Source of the DNA: Amoebidium appalachense | Lineage: Eukaryota > Protista > Ichthyosporea | Assembly: GCA_963693365.1 (NCBI GenBank) | Contig: CAVNZM010000017.1 | Coordinates: 3,701,375-3,765,374, forward strand | Direction of reading: 5' to 3' | DNA length: 64,000 nt | Shown: piece after piece, positions 25,454-44,579 of the stretch | Layout: every line of letters starts with the position of its first letter | Position numbering within the stretch: position 1 is the first letter of the stretch | Notes under the pieces: model-generated | What the model was told of the DNA's origin: nothing | Database searches by the model: none | The model's input: only the letters and a program-made list of their open reading frames with translations | Program-made: the position numbers and the translations under genes

Positions 25454-28400
25454 AGACACGCACACTCACACACACACACACACACACACACACAACACAA
25501 CACAACACATTCACAACCACACCAATATTTACACATGCAAAACACATGCATGCAGTCGACACACACGAACACAGGCACACATGCATAGCCAGTTGTCAAG
25601 CATACGTGCACGTGGACACATGCGTGCACACACTTACGCGTGTGCACATGCTCAAAGAACCACACACACACGTGTAAAAGGTACCCCCCCCCCCCCAAAA
25701 AAAAAAAAAACAAAAAAAAACAAAACAAAAAACATACACACACAGCTAGGTGGGTGGTGTGTGTGTGGGTGTATGGGTAGGCGTGTCTGCCTGTGTGTGC
25801 TTGTGTGTGGTCGTGCATTTGGGTGTTGGTATACGCTCGAGTGTGTTGTCTGGCAGCTATAGTGCTGGGGGCCCCGGGAGGCTTTTGTGTTTATTGGGAC
25901 ATGGCTAAATGGGGGGTGACAGGTGGATGCCGGGGCAGACTTTGTGATCACACAGCTGTTCTACGACCCCACGGTGTACCTGCAGTTTGTCAAGGACTGC
26001 AGGGCAATAGGTGCGCACCAGGCCACACATCCCACTTATACCAGACATATACTGCACATGAAACACATACCCACTTATACCAGACATATACTGCACATGA
26101 AACACATACCCACTTATACCAGACATATACTGCACATGAAACACATACCCACTTATACCAGACATATACTGCACATGAAACACATACCCACTTATACCAG
26201 ACATATACTGCACATGAAACACATACCCACTTATACCAGACAATGTGCTGCACATGAAACACATACCCACATATACCAGACAGCACATGAAACATATACC
26301 CACTTATACCAGACATATACTGCACATGAATCACATAACCCACACACACACACTGCACACACCACACATACACCTGCGAGGCATCGTGCTTACACTGCAT
26401 GGCACAAATATGGTGCGCGCCCACATATATACCTCCCACATACCACACATACTCTGACATGCCATTATACACTGCACGTACCATCCATTCCTCCCACGTA
26501 CAACATATGTGCTATGGACATGCCACACAAACACACTGCAAATGCCACGCATGGCTCGCATCTTCCACAATCACGCACTCCACATCCCACACATAAAATT
26601 GGACAAACGCCACAAATACAATGCACATGCCACAAATAGCTCACATACCACACCCACACATACCTGCATACCCGCGCCATCTGCTAACTGATTGCACAGG
26701 AATCATGTGCCCGATCATACCCGGTCTGATGCCCATAGCCAGCTACAAGCAGTTCCTACGGGTCACCGGCCTGACCAAGGTGCTGGTGCCTAAGGACTTG
26801 GCTGCGAGGCTGGCTGCAGTGAAGGTGGGTAGGCCCACACACTGCTAATAATGTGCTCGTGTGCTCTTGTGAACACACACACATGCTAACATGCACATGT
26901 GATCTTATGAACATGCCCATATGCCAATATGCACGTAGGCCCCTAAGAACCCACCCATATCTTAAATGCACTTGTGCCCTTATGAACAGACCCGTATGCT
27001 AATATGCGCGCATGTGGCATGTATGAACACGCTTCCATAAGCTAGCCATACATCGACATGTAGTGATTGACATTACGGCAATCACATGCAGGCACACGAT
27101 CACAAGCACCCATGCCTTCATAGTCACACCTGCATGACAGATTGGATACATGCTCGAGTATGCCCAAGTCCTCAATTATACGTGCACGTAAAACCATCTC
27201 ACAGATGTGCACTATGGAAACACATGCTTCCCCCCCCCCCCCCCCCCCCCCAAACTCCCCTCCCTCTCTTTTCATAGGTTTGCATGCCTTCTGAGCGTTT
27301 CATTCTGTTGCCTGTCATTTTCTTTTCCTGCACCGTCTTTTTGCTCTCTAATCGTGTGCTTTTTACTGAATACCATATCCTAAGTTCTGTCCTGTTCTTT
27401 GCCCCCACATAAGCTTCTCTACATGCACGCACTGACACTCTTGGGCAGAATGACGATGAGGCAGTGCAGGAGATAGGCAAAGCCCACCTGCTGGCCATGG
27501 TGGATGCACTCAGGCAGGCAGGCACACACGTGTTCCACTTCTACACCATGAACCTAGAGGTGCGTACTTGGGTTTGTGGGAGCGGGGACGGGAGGGGGGA
27601 GAGGGGAGGGAGGGGGGGAAGGGGGGGGGGGGGGGGGTGTAGGCGAGTGAGGGGTGGGGGTACGGGGGCCCAGGGATAAAGGGAGGGGAGGGAGTGGGGA
27701 GGGGGGAGGGGGGGGAGGGGTCACACACGTGTTCCACTTCTACATAACGGACCTCGAGGTGAGGCACTGGTGCTTTTTTTTTTTTTTTTTTTTTTTTTGG
27801 GGGGGGGGGGGGAAGGGGGGGGGTGGGGAGGGGAAGGGGAGGGGGGATAAGGGACGGAGGGAGGGAGGGGGGGGGGGGGGGGGGGGGACGTACGGGCGGG
27901 AAGGGAGGGAGGGGAAGGGTGGAGGGGGTCAAACGTTACTGATGGAGGGGGAGGGAGGGGGGGGGACGGGGAGGGGGAGGGGGGGGGACTGACAGGGGTG
28001 TGTTGGGAACATTGCAGGCGCCACTGCTGGACATCTTGGCTGCGCTCAACACGGGGCCACAGGAGGACTACAGCAGGCACCCATTTCACACGGTTTGTGT
28101 GTGTGGGGGGGGGGGGGAGGGGGGGGGCTTGCTGAAAAGGATGGAAGGGTGCATGTGTAGGCCCCATGTGTGCACATGGGTGGCTATAGTGAACTTAAGA
28201 TGTAGACCAAAAGATGGAATGAGGGGTGTGTAGGGAGGAGGGGGGTGTGGACAAGGAGGGGAAGAACTTTGTACATTTATATGGTGGGTGTGTGCTGACA
28301 GGGTGGGGCTGCAGAATAGCACACCGACCACACGAAGAAGCAAGGAGGACATCCGGCCAATATACTGGTGAGTGATGGGGGTGTGTGGGTTGGGTAGGTG

Positions 28401-29350
28401 GGTGGGGAGGGAGGGAGGGGGAAGGGAGGGAGGGGGAGGGAGGGGGGGGGGGGGGGGGGGGAGAAGGGGAATATAACCATATACTGGTGTGTAGAGCTGC
28501 ATCCCCGCCTCTGTGAGCCATACAAATGTGTGGTGTGTGTGTGTGTGTTTGGCGGGGGGAGGGGGCAGGGGGGGGGGGGGGGGAGGGGGGGGGGGGTTTG
28601 CTGGATGTTTGCCGACTCCGAAACTGGGCATGCTGGGTAGGCATGAGGGTAGAACTGGGCATGCTGGGTAGGCATGAGGGTAGGGGTTGAAGAAGGGCGT
28701 GGTGGGGTGGGTGGAGAAGGGTGGTGGGGTGGGGGAGAGGGGGAAGCCTGGTGGTGGCGGTGGTGGTGGTTGGTTTGGGGGGGGGGGGGATTGCTGCACC
28801 TGTTGTGCTGTGGAATCTAGGGTAGGGTGTGCCCGTGCTTGGGTGCCCCCATGGCCACTATTAACATTAGCCTCCCCCCCCCCCCCCCCCCCCCCCCCCT
28901 CCCCCTCCTCCCTCTTCCCTCCCCCCCTTTTCTCCCTCCCCCCTTTCCTCTCCTCCCCCCCCCCCCCCCCCCCCCCCCTGGCACAGGCGGCACCGACCCA
29001 AGAGCTACATGCTGCGCACGGCCCAGTGGGACCGCTTTCCTAACGGCAGGTGCGCTGCCTGCTGGGTACTTGGGGCAAAACACTGCCTTAAGCACAATCT
29101 TCCGTATGCATGCCTACCGCCCCACCGTCCACTGCCCCACATCCCTTCTTCTCCCCCCCCCCCCCCCCCCCCTCCCCCCCGTTTTCTCTTATGCACGCCT
29201 CTGTTTTGTGGTCCTGTGTGTGTGTGTGTGTGTGACTGGCGTGGTGACATGGGCAGGGCAGGTGGGGGGTGTCCAGCTCACCGGGCTATGGAGAGCTCAA
29301 CGACTACCACCTACTGACCCTGCACACATCGGCAGCACGGGTACGTGCTC

Positions 29351-29384
<34 letters not shown>

Positions 29385-30460
29385 TCTTTTTGTATGTGTC
29401 TTAGTTTGTGTGGGTGTGTGCCCGAGAAGGGGGGGGGGGGACGCAGCCGGGCAAACCAGTGAGGGCTTGGTAGGTGAGGCAGGATGAGATTGGCAGGCTG
29501 AAATGCAGTGAGCTGTGATGCGGCTGTGTTCTGACTTTGTGCGCGCACAGAGCATCGTCAACTGTGGGCGTGCGCTCAAGAGCGAGCAGGACGTGTGGGC
29601 CATCTTTGCCGACTTCCTGCTGGGCCAGTTTCCTAACCTCGAGCTGCCCTGGTACAACGACCCCCTGGCTTCAGGTGTGTGGTGCTCCATGTGCATGCCT
29701 TATTTGTGTGGTCTGTGGGGGGTGCATGGTGGGCCTGGCAACCTGCTAGTGGTTTTTTTTTGGGGGGGGGAAGGAGGGGGGGGGGGGGGGGATTAGTAGT
29801 GGGGCTATATGGTTGGTGCTAACATGGGGTTGCAGAGACGGGCACGATCCAGTCCCGGCTAGTGCAGCTGTGCCGGCACGGGTTCCTGACCATCAACAGC
29901 CAGCCCGCAGCAAACGGCACACCCTCTGATGACCCTGTGTTTGGCTGGGGGCCACCTAACGGCCACTGCTACCAGAAGGTGTGTGCATGTGCATGTGGGT
30001 GTGGGTGTGGCTGGCAGGCACAGAGGCACCATGCACTTGCTGACTGCACGTGCAGGCCTATCTGGAATTCTTCTGCTCCCCCGAGCTACTCAGCAAGCTG
30101 CAGGAGCAGCTGGCAAACCACCCCAACCTGGCCTATGTGGCTGCCAGTGTCAAGGTATGGGATTACATGTTGTTGGCGGAATAGATGCATGGCTGGACCA
30201 ATGGCATTGCATGTGGCCTTGCTGGGGCAGCCAATAGGAATTCAGATGTGTTTGCTGGGGGCCTGGGGCAGCGAATGGGAATTCAGACGCATTGCTGGGG
30301 CAGCCAATAGGAGTTCTGATGTCTTTGCTTGGTCAGCCAATAGCATGGCAGATGCAATTCATGGCAGCAGGTGCGGCTACTGACGGGGCCAGCAGGATGA
30401 CTTTGTGTGCAGCCCAGGGTTTGCAACAACAGCAGTCACATGGGGCATCTTTCCCAGTAC

Positions 30461-30498
<38 letters not shown>

Positions 30499-31343
30499 TG
30501 CTTGCCCTTAACCATTTTGGCACATCATTGCATGCTAACACACACACACACACACTTGTATCCTTGTACACACACATACCCATGGGCACGCGTGTGCGCA
30601 TACCCCCTATACATGCTGACAGAATAATGGGGGCAAGCACGGTCATGGCCCTGCCTGTGTGTGTGCTGACATGCACGGGCAGACCACGAGGTGCAGCAGC
30701 CCACGGTGGTGGACCCGGACAGCTTCAGAGTGTGGAAGCAGGAGGTGGGTGGCCCCTGTCCGTCCCCACTGCAGCATTAGGGAATTAGTGGGTTTGTGTG
30801 GGTTGATTGATGTGGGCTGCCGTGTGCACAGTGTGTGTTGCCTAATGGATGGTATGCTGCATGTGCCAATGGATGGGCCACTGCTGGGCTGCATGCACCC
30901 ACGTGTGTGGATGGGCAAAAAAGTGCCTTGGCAGTGAGCACATGAATACAAATGCAAATAGCCGTACCAAAATTCGGATTTTAGGCACCGGATACCAAAC
31001 AGGCACACACATGAACACATGGTCCGTGCAGCGTTTACACAAAAACACGCACATCCGCTAGGACACACACACACACGGATATATGAATTGTGTTACTTAG
31101 ATCAGACATGAGATATTTTAGCCCCTGAGATCCCCACGTTCAATGGGTGGGTACTGACTGTAATCACAGGCGTTCAGCATCTGGCGGGCGCACTGGATGG
31201 ACAAGTACCCCGTGGCCTCGAGAGAGAGAAAGGTGATGGAGGGCATGTTCTACAGGTACCACCTCGTCAGCATGGTGGACAACAACTATATCAATGGCGA
31301 CATATTTGAAGTGTTTGACCCCATCATCGCCCAGGAGAAGTAG
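22293..31343 (+). CDS. MTHFR: Methylenetetrahydrofolate reductase, eukaryotic type with C-terminal SAM-binding regulatory domain (about 19 exons)
   Basis: Diagnostic motifs in order: [184 protein letters not shown], and the end IIAQEK*. Confidence 0.96.
26023..26330. repeat. 39-bp intronic minisatellite (CACATACCCACTTATACCAGACATATACTGCACATGAAA) in MTHFR
   Basis: About 8 tandem units are visible immediately after the exon ending DCRAIG. Confidence 0.93.
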
Positions 31344-31479
31344 GTGGGTCTGTAGTGGGTGTGAACCTGTAGTCACGCATGCACACACACAAAGCACACA
31401 CGCGTGAACGGGCATGTTGTTCACTTGTAGTGTTTCCGCGCAGGGAGAGGGGGGGGGTGGGGGAGCGAGGAAGAGGTGT

Positions 31480-31510
<31 letters not shown>

Positions 31511-33450
31511 GGGGGGGAGGGGGGGGGGGGAGGGGGAGACATCAAGAACGAACGTACATGTGTTTGTATGTCTGAACCTAGCCTTTTGGTGCAGGAACAT
31601 AGAGCTCAGGATTCAAATAATTTAAGAAATCTAAGCGGAATATATAGGTGCCGGTCGGATAAGGTGGTGCCACTTGGGCACCGGCCTTGCTTACATAATG
31701 ATGCACTCGGTATGGCATGAATATGGGCCAGGGCGCCATTAATGTTGTTTCCAGCCCTGCACTGTGAGATTGTTAATGCACGGTTGCGCTTTTTGTGGCT
31801 ATGACAAAGTGCATGACCTGGGCAGGCCCCGGGGGTGATTTGATGATTGTGATTTGTGTGATGGTGCTTGTTGCACGTTTATGGATATCCGAATAGTTGG
31901 CTTGGAGCATGGTATGTAATGTAATAAAATCTTGTGCTGCATGCATAAACCGAGGTGTATGGGTTACATCTTTCTCTGCCTTCCGATAGCGATATATACA
32001 TACACATGCATGCCATCAAACGTTGTGTGTCTGTGTGCCTATGCATGTAGACACCCATGTCTGTGTGCCTACGCATGTCCAATGGCATGTGTCTACAAAC
32101 ATGCATGCACCTATTAAAGGTACATCCGTGTTGCTGTTCTGCGCATGCGCATGTCAGCGTACGAGCACCATGTCTAAACCACTATTACATGTGGAGGGGG
32201 CTAATATGTTACTGTGACATGTCCAACCAATACCACATGCACGGTGCAAGCCGCGTGTGCAGGAGGGTAAAAAATTACATGTCATGCCCGAATTCTATAG
32301 CACTGTTCCGCCAGCATGATATTATATTCTTACGCAGTACAAGTTTTTAGTTGTTTTATCAAAGTTTGTGTTGATGGCAGGATGGCAATCATCATGATGA
32401 GTCTCTCTTCTTTCAAGATCGGTGTATCACCGTGGTACATGTGCACATACCATACACAGCCTGTAATTAGTACTGTTACATAGCTGTGCCGCAGTCACTG
32501 TGTACAACACACCGGGATCATAGAGACGATGACCGCTACGACTTGAATTCCCTGATCAACATTCACTACAAAGGAAATCGAAACTACACTCCATAACGGT
32601 TGTGTAGTACACCTGGGCATTGCTGAAATGGATTCAAATATTGGCAAGGAATAATTCAGCAAGTAATACAATAGTATTGTACATATACGCGTACGTACTG
32701 CGCGTACATGAATAAGTAAGTATTCCTCAGTGACTTTTCTTGTGCTCCTGATTGTAAGAGTTCTGGTGAGTCACTCGAGTGCGTGTGTGCGCCCCCGGGT
32801 GCACGCATGTGTGCTTGTCGTCACAAATGTGTCTGAAATGGAAGTGGCTGGGGGGGTGGGGAGGGGAAAGGGGGAGAGACTGCTCGGCTCTAGAATTCGC
32901 GAATCCGTCGAGTAATACTATACTGACACGTCGTGTACACAAATTCGAAACGCAAGTAGAAACATTAACTATTGTCAAGCTCCTCCCTCCCCCCCCCCCC
33001 CCCCCAACCCCCCCACACCAACACCGCCACTCTATCCCATAGCATGAAGGTGCCAACTCGTTCGTAGCGCTAGGCTAAGCAGACATTCCGTGGGAAAGGC
33101 ACCACAGACAGACCCCTGCCAGGCATGTACACGTGGGCTGTCAAGTCCCAGCTCTTGGACCACTGCATGACATGTTCCCAGATATCATCTGATTCATTAT
33201 GTGGAGCTTGAGAGCAGGAGTGTAAAAAGCAAAGTACACAGCCCAACCTGTGCATGTTTATTCTCGCACACCACCCGCTGCCCACCCACACATATGCAGG
33301 TGTGGGAGCCGGTGTCCTATCAATAGAATCAATCTTTAAAATCGCCACTGGCGCCGTTTGGTCTCACAACACACCGCTCATACAGGCAACATACAATTCC
33401 AGTTCAAACTCTCATAGGCACCACTTTTATGCCCCTACACCCATCACCCC

Positions 33451-36848
<3,398 letters not shown>

Positions 36849-39093
36849 CTGCAGGCACACCGTCAGCACTGAGGCACACTCTCTCTGTCTTCACATGGTC
36901 CCGCCATACTCCCCTTATACACAGCTGCTCCTCATCCCCCTCCCCCCCACCAAATCTTCCTCCCCCCTCCACATGCATAGCATAAGCACATCCGACCATA
37001 GCATTATTTACAAACAGGCAAACCTCTTGCCTCCTGTTATCCAGCGCCAAGCACAAAGCCCTCGCGGACCGTAAAGCAAGTAAAGGGAAAAGCGAGGCTA
37101 CTGTATGACATCGTTTCGTTCCATGACGATCTGGCACACTTACAAACAGCCATGGATTTACAGCGTCACCCAACAAGCACACAGCTGCTCAAACGACACG
37201 ACAAAAATCCAACAAGACAGACTTCCTTGTTGCTAGCACATAGCACTACACCAAAGAAGCAAATTAAAAGCCCTATCCCCCGACGAGTGCAACGTAAGTC
37301 CAACACTACCGTATAAAGGTCGAAGAAACAGGTGCCAGGCATAGTTCGAACCAGAACCTGGCCGAGAGCTATCTTTTGCACACACTGTGCACAGAATGCA
37401 AGTAACAGCGCACACCCAGACCCCAGTGTGTCATGCTCCAGACACACAGACACACAGCTAGAGCAAGCAATACCAAGTGCTTTCAAATGCCCACCTCCAA
37501 GCACCTAACAGCCAGTTACGCGACTACAAAAAACGCTCCTCTGAGAATCAGTGGAAGGTGCTACACAGGTGTGTGCTTGCAGTAACTACGCACCGCGCAT
37601 CTCTTTATGCCCCGCTCCGCCCTTACAAGTGACTTCCAAAAAGCAGACACAAAGGCCGTCTACTTCAGGTGCCTCCTTGCCCTACCATGAGGAAGACACC
37701 TACCAACACCAGTACACAACCGCAAGAGCGCAGAGGAGCAAACACAGATCTGCTTAGCAGCATAGTGCACACTCACTTGTGTCCAATATACGCAATGACT
37801 GATGCGCACAATGTTCAAAGAGCCAGTCACACAACCCACCTTTCACAGTGTTCTCATTTAAATCCAAACCAGCACCCTGTGGACGCACAAGTGGGTTAGC
37901 ACACGTAGTACCGAACTATCCCCAAGCTGTGCCATGAGAAAGATGCAGAAAAAGGAAAATTGCTATTGGTTTCTTCATTGATAAATTTTGCAAAGTTCGT
38001 TCAGAAAAAGGCCTGTTGACGTGTGAGATGACGTGTAAAACATTCAACCACCAATTGCATGATTGGAAGAGTGTGGTACAGAAAGGAAGAAACGCCACAC
38101 ACCTGCCGGTTCGAATTTAAATCATTTGAGCCTCCATGGTTCATAACTGACGCTTGGTGTATGTAACAACCCTTTGTGGTGGGGTAAGTCTGCTCACAAA
38201 ACCTGTGCCTCGCACCCTAAAACCCAAGTGGACACGTGAAACGCTAACGGTGTGTGTGTGTTCGTGCCCGTGTTCATGTCTGGTAAGCCCGGATCGGGTG
38301 GGTGCATTCCGATCTACGTCATCACAGATCTGAAACTACCGGACTGGTAGGTATTTCCTGCCTAAAAGCCTTCTATAAATAGCCGGCATTACCTGCCATA
38401 TATGGCAAATTGTAGCTTTTGAATCATTGGCGGCCCGGGTAACGGTCACAACATAACGCACCACACAGGAGGCAGCAGCAGGAGGCAGCGCGGCCGGCCG
38501 GCGCCCGTTCTGACGAAAAAAGTTTCTCTGAGACTTGGCGGGCACAGGGGCCTAAACTACTAATGGAAACTACACGTATGTTATATATCATTCTTTTCGC
38601 CTTGACATTTATAAAGCGGTATACGTATGTACAGGGAGAGTTCGCGATTCTTACTACACAGTATTGGCATCTTTCTTTTACTTCCGTGAGGCCGGATGAG
38701 CGTGTGGCCAGGCGGCCTACTCATGTGTACCTGTAGCCTGTTTGGCAACTCCGTTTTTCTCTTCAGCCCTGCGAACACACTCCTCGTAATCCAGAAGAAC
38801 TGTAGTTTCACTACACAGCGCTAAGTAAAGGGTGTGAGCACCGTTGCTAGGCAGCTCCTGAGAAAGCTGCCCGCGTCTAGGATTGTGGGCAACTAAACGA
38901 CAAGTATTGAGTGTGGGAGGCAGTGCCCGTTTCCGAAACTAGAGTCTAGAATCCCGTTGGGCGAGACTAAGGTCACTTGTTAGTTTTCGATTTCGTTCGG
39001 ACACACGTTCAAGCTGCCAAAGATTGGGTTCGGAAGTGCATACACACCTCTTGCTTCGCAGGAGTGAGGCACAGCCCTTGGGCTGCCTCGGAC

Positions 39094-39654
39094 ATGGAAC
39101 ATGAGCGCAGGTACGTGGTTGGTAGTGCGTTGCAACATGGATGTAGAACACGCCACGTTCTTCTGTGTTCTGCAGTGCTTTTGTCCAGGACGTGGCAAGG
39201 TCGCACTTGTGTGCATGTGTGCGTGCGGGTGCGCGCGTTTGTGGGTGTGTGCATGCACACGTGTGTAGGCGCGTGCGCATATGTGTCCATGTGTGTGAGT
39301 GAGTGTGAGTGTGCAGTTATGTGCGTGTGTGCGTGTGTGCACGGGTGTGTGCATGCACGCACGCATGCACATGTCGCATGCACATGTGCATGCATGCGCA
39401 TTTGTGTGTGTGTGTGTGCGCGCGCGCGCCGTGTGAGTGTGTGAGTGTGTGTGTGTGTATGTCTCCAGGACGGCACGGTGCTTTCCTGCGCCTGCTCTTG
39501 TGCTCGTGTACCCCTGTGACGGTGCATGGGTGTGCCTTGATGTCTGTGCACGTGTATGTACGTGCGTAAAGGGTGCACATGTGTGTGTGTGGTTGTGTTC
39601 ATGTGTGGACGGATGGGTGTGTGCCTGTGAATTTGTGTGTCCGTGTGTGTGTCC

Positions 39655-39717
<63 letters not shown>

Positions 39718-40132
39718 TTAGTGCATGGTTCTTTATTCACCTTCTCTCATCTCCGTCCCCGACCCCTCCCTTGCTTAACCCCGTATCTGTGTGCTCGTTG
39801 TGTTGTATCAAGTTGTGCTTGTATGTCGTAGCCAGTACTGGTGCCTGCATGGCCCTTCCGTTCCTCACTACCGTTTTCAAGCCCCTTCTTTCCCCTTTCC
39901 CAACCCCCCCCCCCCCCCCCCCCCCCCGCCTCCCCTCTCTCCCCCCCCCCCCTCCTTCCCCTCCCGACCCCTGCCCACACACGAACACACTCACCCTCGT
40001 ATGCACCCTTTAGACATGCACGCCCAGATATCTGCATAGACATAGAGGCACACCCATGCACCCTGACAGAGATACAAATGCACAAGGGCAGACACAGGAA
40101 GACACCGGGGCACCCCGGAGACACCCACATAC

Positions 40133-40221
<89 letters not shown>

Positions 40222-40615
40222 TCTCTCTTTTTTGCAGTGCTTGGCCTTTAATGTTTGCATTCTGTTAGCGCCCATGTGTCACCAAATCTTTGTGGTTTTG
40301 CTGGAAAGGCATTTCGCAGGAGATTCATACATAAGATTGGATGATTTTATGAATGCGATGCAGTGCACAATATCTGCATCAAAGAGAATAGCAGCTGCTG
40401 TCTCCAAGTCCCGCTGGCGTATGCACTTACGCATATTGTTTTCCTTTTTGCCCTTTTGGTCGACAGATATGAACACGACCTCTCAACAGGAGCATTCACA
40501 GCACGGGGGTTGTGTTTGGGTGCACACAGGCACACACACCAGTACTCTACCGCCCATTGTGCATGTTTTCTGCTGATATTGTCTGTACGTGCGCACACGC
40601 ACACACACGCACACA

Positions 40616-40681
<66 letters not shown>

Positions 40682-42554
40682 CAGCAAAGATAGTCCAGCG
40701 CCTGAGGCTGCCATCCCTGTATCCCGCTCCGAGTCCAAGGAAAGCCTGCTCAGCACAGGGACAAACCTGAAGAGGTCTACCACTGTGAATCTTGACGACA
40801 GGAAGAATGGCTTCGAACTGGCAAGGTACAACATGAATTCTTTTTAGCACTTTTCTCTAATATCGTGCTTTGATGCGGTTTCTCGTCTTTGCATGCTCAA
40901 TTCCTTTTGGCCTGCACCTGATGTTTCTTGGCCCCCCCCTCCCCCCCCCCCCCCCCCCCCCCACCTCCCACTCACCCTTAACATATTCTAACCCTCCCTT
41001 TCCCCTCCTTGTGCGTGTTCTGCAACTTCTGCATTGTGTTGTCCGACGCGTATGTGTGCTCGCACTCTGTATGTAACACATTTTTATCCCCTCCCCCCCT
41101 CTCCCCTCCTCCTTGCTCCCTGCCCTTGCCACCTAGCCCAGCTTTTCTGGCTGCTCACTCTGCCCGTGGCAACAACGGTGCCTCACCAACTCCCACGTCT
41201 GCCAAGTGGCCTGTGGTTAGGGTTGCTCTCATGCACTTCTTTCCTCTTACCGTCTGTCATCTGGCATGTCTTTTGTGCCTCCCGACGCATGCATACTTCC
41301 CCTTATCCTTGTGTCAGTCTCCACATACCTATTTCTTCCACCCTCCACTCCGACTCTTCTGCAACCCACTCCCAATGCTGTCCTATGGCAGTTGCCCCCC
41401 CCCCCCCCCCCCCCCCCCCCCTCATTATCCCCCGTCCACCCACCCATTCCTCTGGCTACCACATTATGTTCCCCCCTCCCCCCCCCCCCTCCCCCCCCCC
41501 CCCCCCCAAAAACAAAAAAACAAAAAAACAAAAAACAAAAAAAACCCCCCGAGACTCTGAATGTATTTTTTTCTTCCCCCAAGGCCTGTGCCTATCCAAC
41601 CTAGTACAACCTTGCTCAGCTTCCATTTTTCCGGACACCCATTTTTCGTTTCTTCTGCCCGGCATGTGCACGTGCACACACACCCACCACCTCTAACACC
41701 ATGTGCCGTGTTCAGGTCACGGTCTCTCAAGGCCCCTACCCACACCCTGCCCGTAGCTGCCCCAGTGGACCGTCAGATCATAGTGCGCATCTACAGCCGC
41801 CTGCCACACTCGGGGGCCACCCACTCAGTCAAGGCACTGTGTGTGTCGCAGCGCACCACATGCTATAACCTACTGCGCACGGTACTGCCACGGTTCAACG
41901 TGCAGGCCAAAGATAGCGACATAGAAAGCTATGGCATCAGCCTGGTGCGCAATGAGGGGGGTGTGTGCCCTGTGTGTGTGCTTGCAGCCCCACTACCTCA
42001 CAGAAAGCCTCTTCTGGCTGCTTATGGCACCCTCCCTTTGTCTCCTCCTGTCCTGCTTGCTCTTTCCCTTGCACCGGTCTGCTTCATACCGGCCTCCTCC
42101 CCTCCCCTCCCAACACATACACACATGCGCACATCCTCCTCTTCCCCCTCACTTCCCATCCCCTCCTTTCCCCCTCCCCTCCTCACCTCCCCCGCCCCCC
42201 GCCCCCCTCCTCCCCCTCCCTCCCCCCTCCCCCCCCCCCCCCCCCCCCCCCCCCCCCACCCCCTTCCGCCACCCGCCCACCCACCAACGCCAACCCATGT
42301 TCAATGGTTTGGGCTGCACTAGAGCATTGCATATACAAAAGATGGCAACAAATTAGTTGCTGAAATGTGCTGGGCACCAGAGAGTGAGCGGGTGTTTCAG
42401 CCAGAAGAGCAGCCATTTGCTGATTGGCCCGTGGACTCGACAGAAGATGCTAGGTTTTACGTCACGGATTTGGCTTTCCAGGTGCGGGTTATCTCCCTGC
42501 TTGCCGGGCTGCAGCAGCAGCACACGTGGGCGTACGCAGCACGTGTACATGCAC

Positions 42555-42640
<86 letters not shown>

Positions 42641-42687
42641 CACAAACACATGCAGGCGCACAGGTACACCCACACACACACAGACAG

Positions 42688-42747
<60 letters not shown>

Positions 42748-43814
42748 GGTACACACGCACAGGTACACACAGGTACACCCACACACAAACACGTAAAAGT
42801 AGAGATACACAAAGACACGAGGAGAATCACACACGGGCTTGCTACCAGATCCCCAAGCTATCCTCTTCTCTTTCTCTCCCCTTCGACTTCTTCTTCATTG
42901 CCGGCCCTCTTCCCACACTCCCTCACCTACTCCCTCACCTACTCATGCAAAAACACTCACTTTCTCCTCTCTCTCTGTTACACTACTTTCACAAACGATA
43001 TCCCCCCCCCCCCCCCCCCCCCCCTTCCCCACCCTCCCTTCCCCGCCTTGGTGCCCACCTTTATACTTACATAACATCCAGCTATTTCTCCCACCAAATG
43101 GCTCTGCGAGTTACGTTTTTGAGGGTCGCTGACATTGTTACATTTTTTAGCATAGCTGACAGAGCTATGTCCTTGCTTGTACTGACACTGTTTGCTGCAC
43201 AGAGTGAGGGGCGCAAGATCATCGTTGTAGGGGGGGATGCCACGCACTCTGAGGCCCTTGCTGAGCTACAGGCCACCCCCAACCAGTTCACAAGACAGAT
43301 ACTGCAGGCTGCACTGCAGAGGCTAAATGTCAGTGCAAACCCCAGGGACTATACGCTGATCGTCATGCAGAAATACGGTGTGTGCTCCTGTTCAAACACA
43401 CACATGCTGATATTGCACATGCACATTCTTAGACGAGCAACATGCACCCACGTGCTTACATAACATACACTGTACCTACGCACATAAAAAAACGCATATG
43501 CACATCCTTACAGAGCATACAACCTACCTGCACTCGCACAAAAAGAACACATGAATACCCCTACATAGCACACACCGCTACACACACCCTACCTATCCAT
43601 TCCCTCCCTTCCCCACTATCACTTACCAACACTTAAATTTTTGGGGGGGCCCACAGGCACCGAGTCTGAGCTGGATGCCTGGGACTGCCCTGCCTCGTTC
43701 AAGGAGTACATGTTCCGCATACGTGCAAAGCAGGTGGGGGCATGCACACCCATGGTGATGGTTGTTTGCACATGGTTTTAATACACACCACACCCCCACC
43801 AGGCCTGCGGGGGT

Positions 43815-43880
<66 letters not shown>

Positions 43881-44100
43881 TGTGTGTGTGCCTGTGTGTG
43901 TGTGTGTGTGTGTGTGTGCCTGTGTACGTGCGCCTGAAACATTTGGGGGATTTTGGGTGCACAGCCACAGGCAGACCCAGTGGAGGATGAAGCAGCTGTG
44001 AGGCGCAACAAGACACTGGTGGGCTCACCAAGACTCAGCCGCCTAAGAAAGAGCTTCAGAAGAGGGGCCACGGCAACAGGTGGGGGGGCCAGGTGTAGGG

Positions 44101-44197
<97 letters not shown>

Positions 44198-44303
44198 ATG
44201 CGTGTGTGTGTCCAGGTGCATGCTGGCAAGGATAGGGGGGCAGGTGTGTAGGGAGGGCTGTGTGTGTGTGCGGCACATGTAGGTGGGTAGGCGTAGTGTG
44301 TGT

Positions 44304-44345
<42 letters not shown>

Positions 44346-44425
44346 AGGTGCATGCTGGCAAGGATAGGGGGGCAGGTGTGTAGGGAGGGCTGTGTGTGTG
44401 TGCGGCACATGTAGGTGGGTAGCCG

Positions 44426-44497
<72 letters not shown>

Positions 44498-44518
44498 CGT
44501 GTGCGTGGGCATGTGCGT

Positions 44519-44579
<61 letters not shown>

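Noticed and set aside
38103-38144. MNHGGSNDLNSNRQ as DDX3 exon 1
   Set aside because: It has a plausible ATG and donor but ends in phase 0, while the GKYVPPHLR exon needs phase 1. I found no convincing linking exon, so the start is left unresolved.
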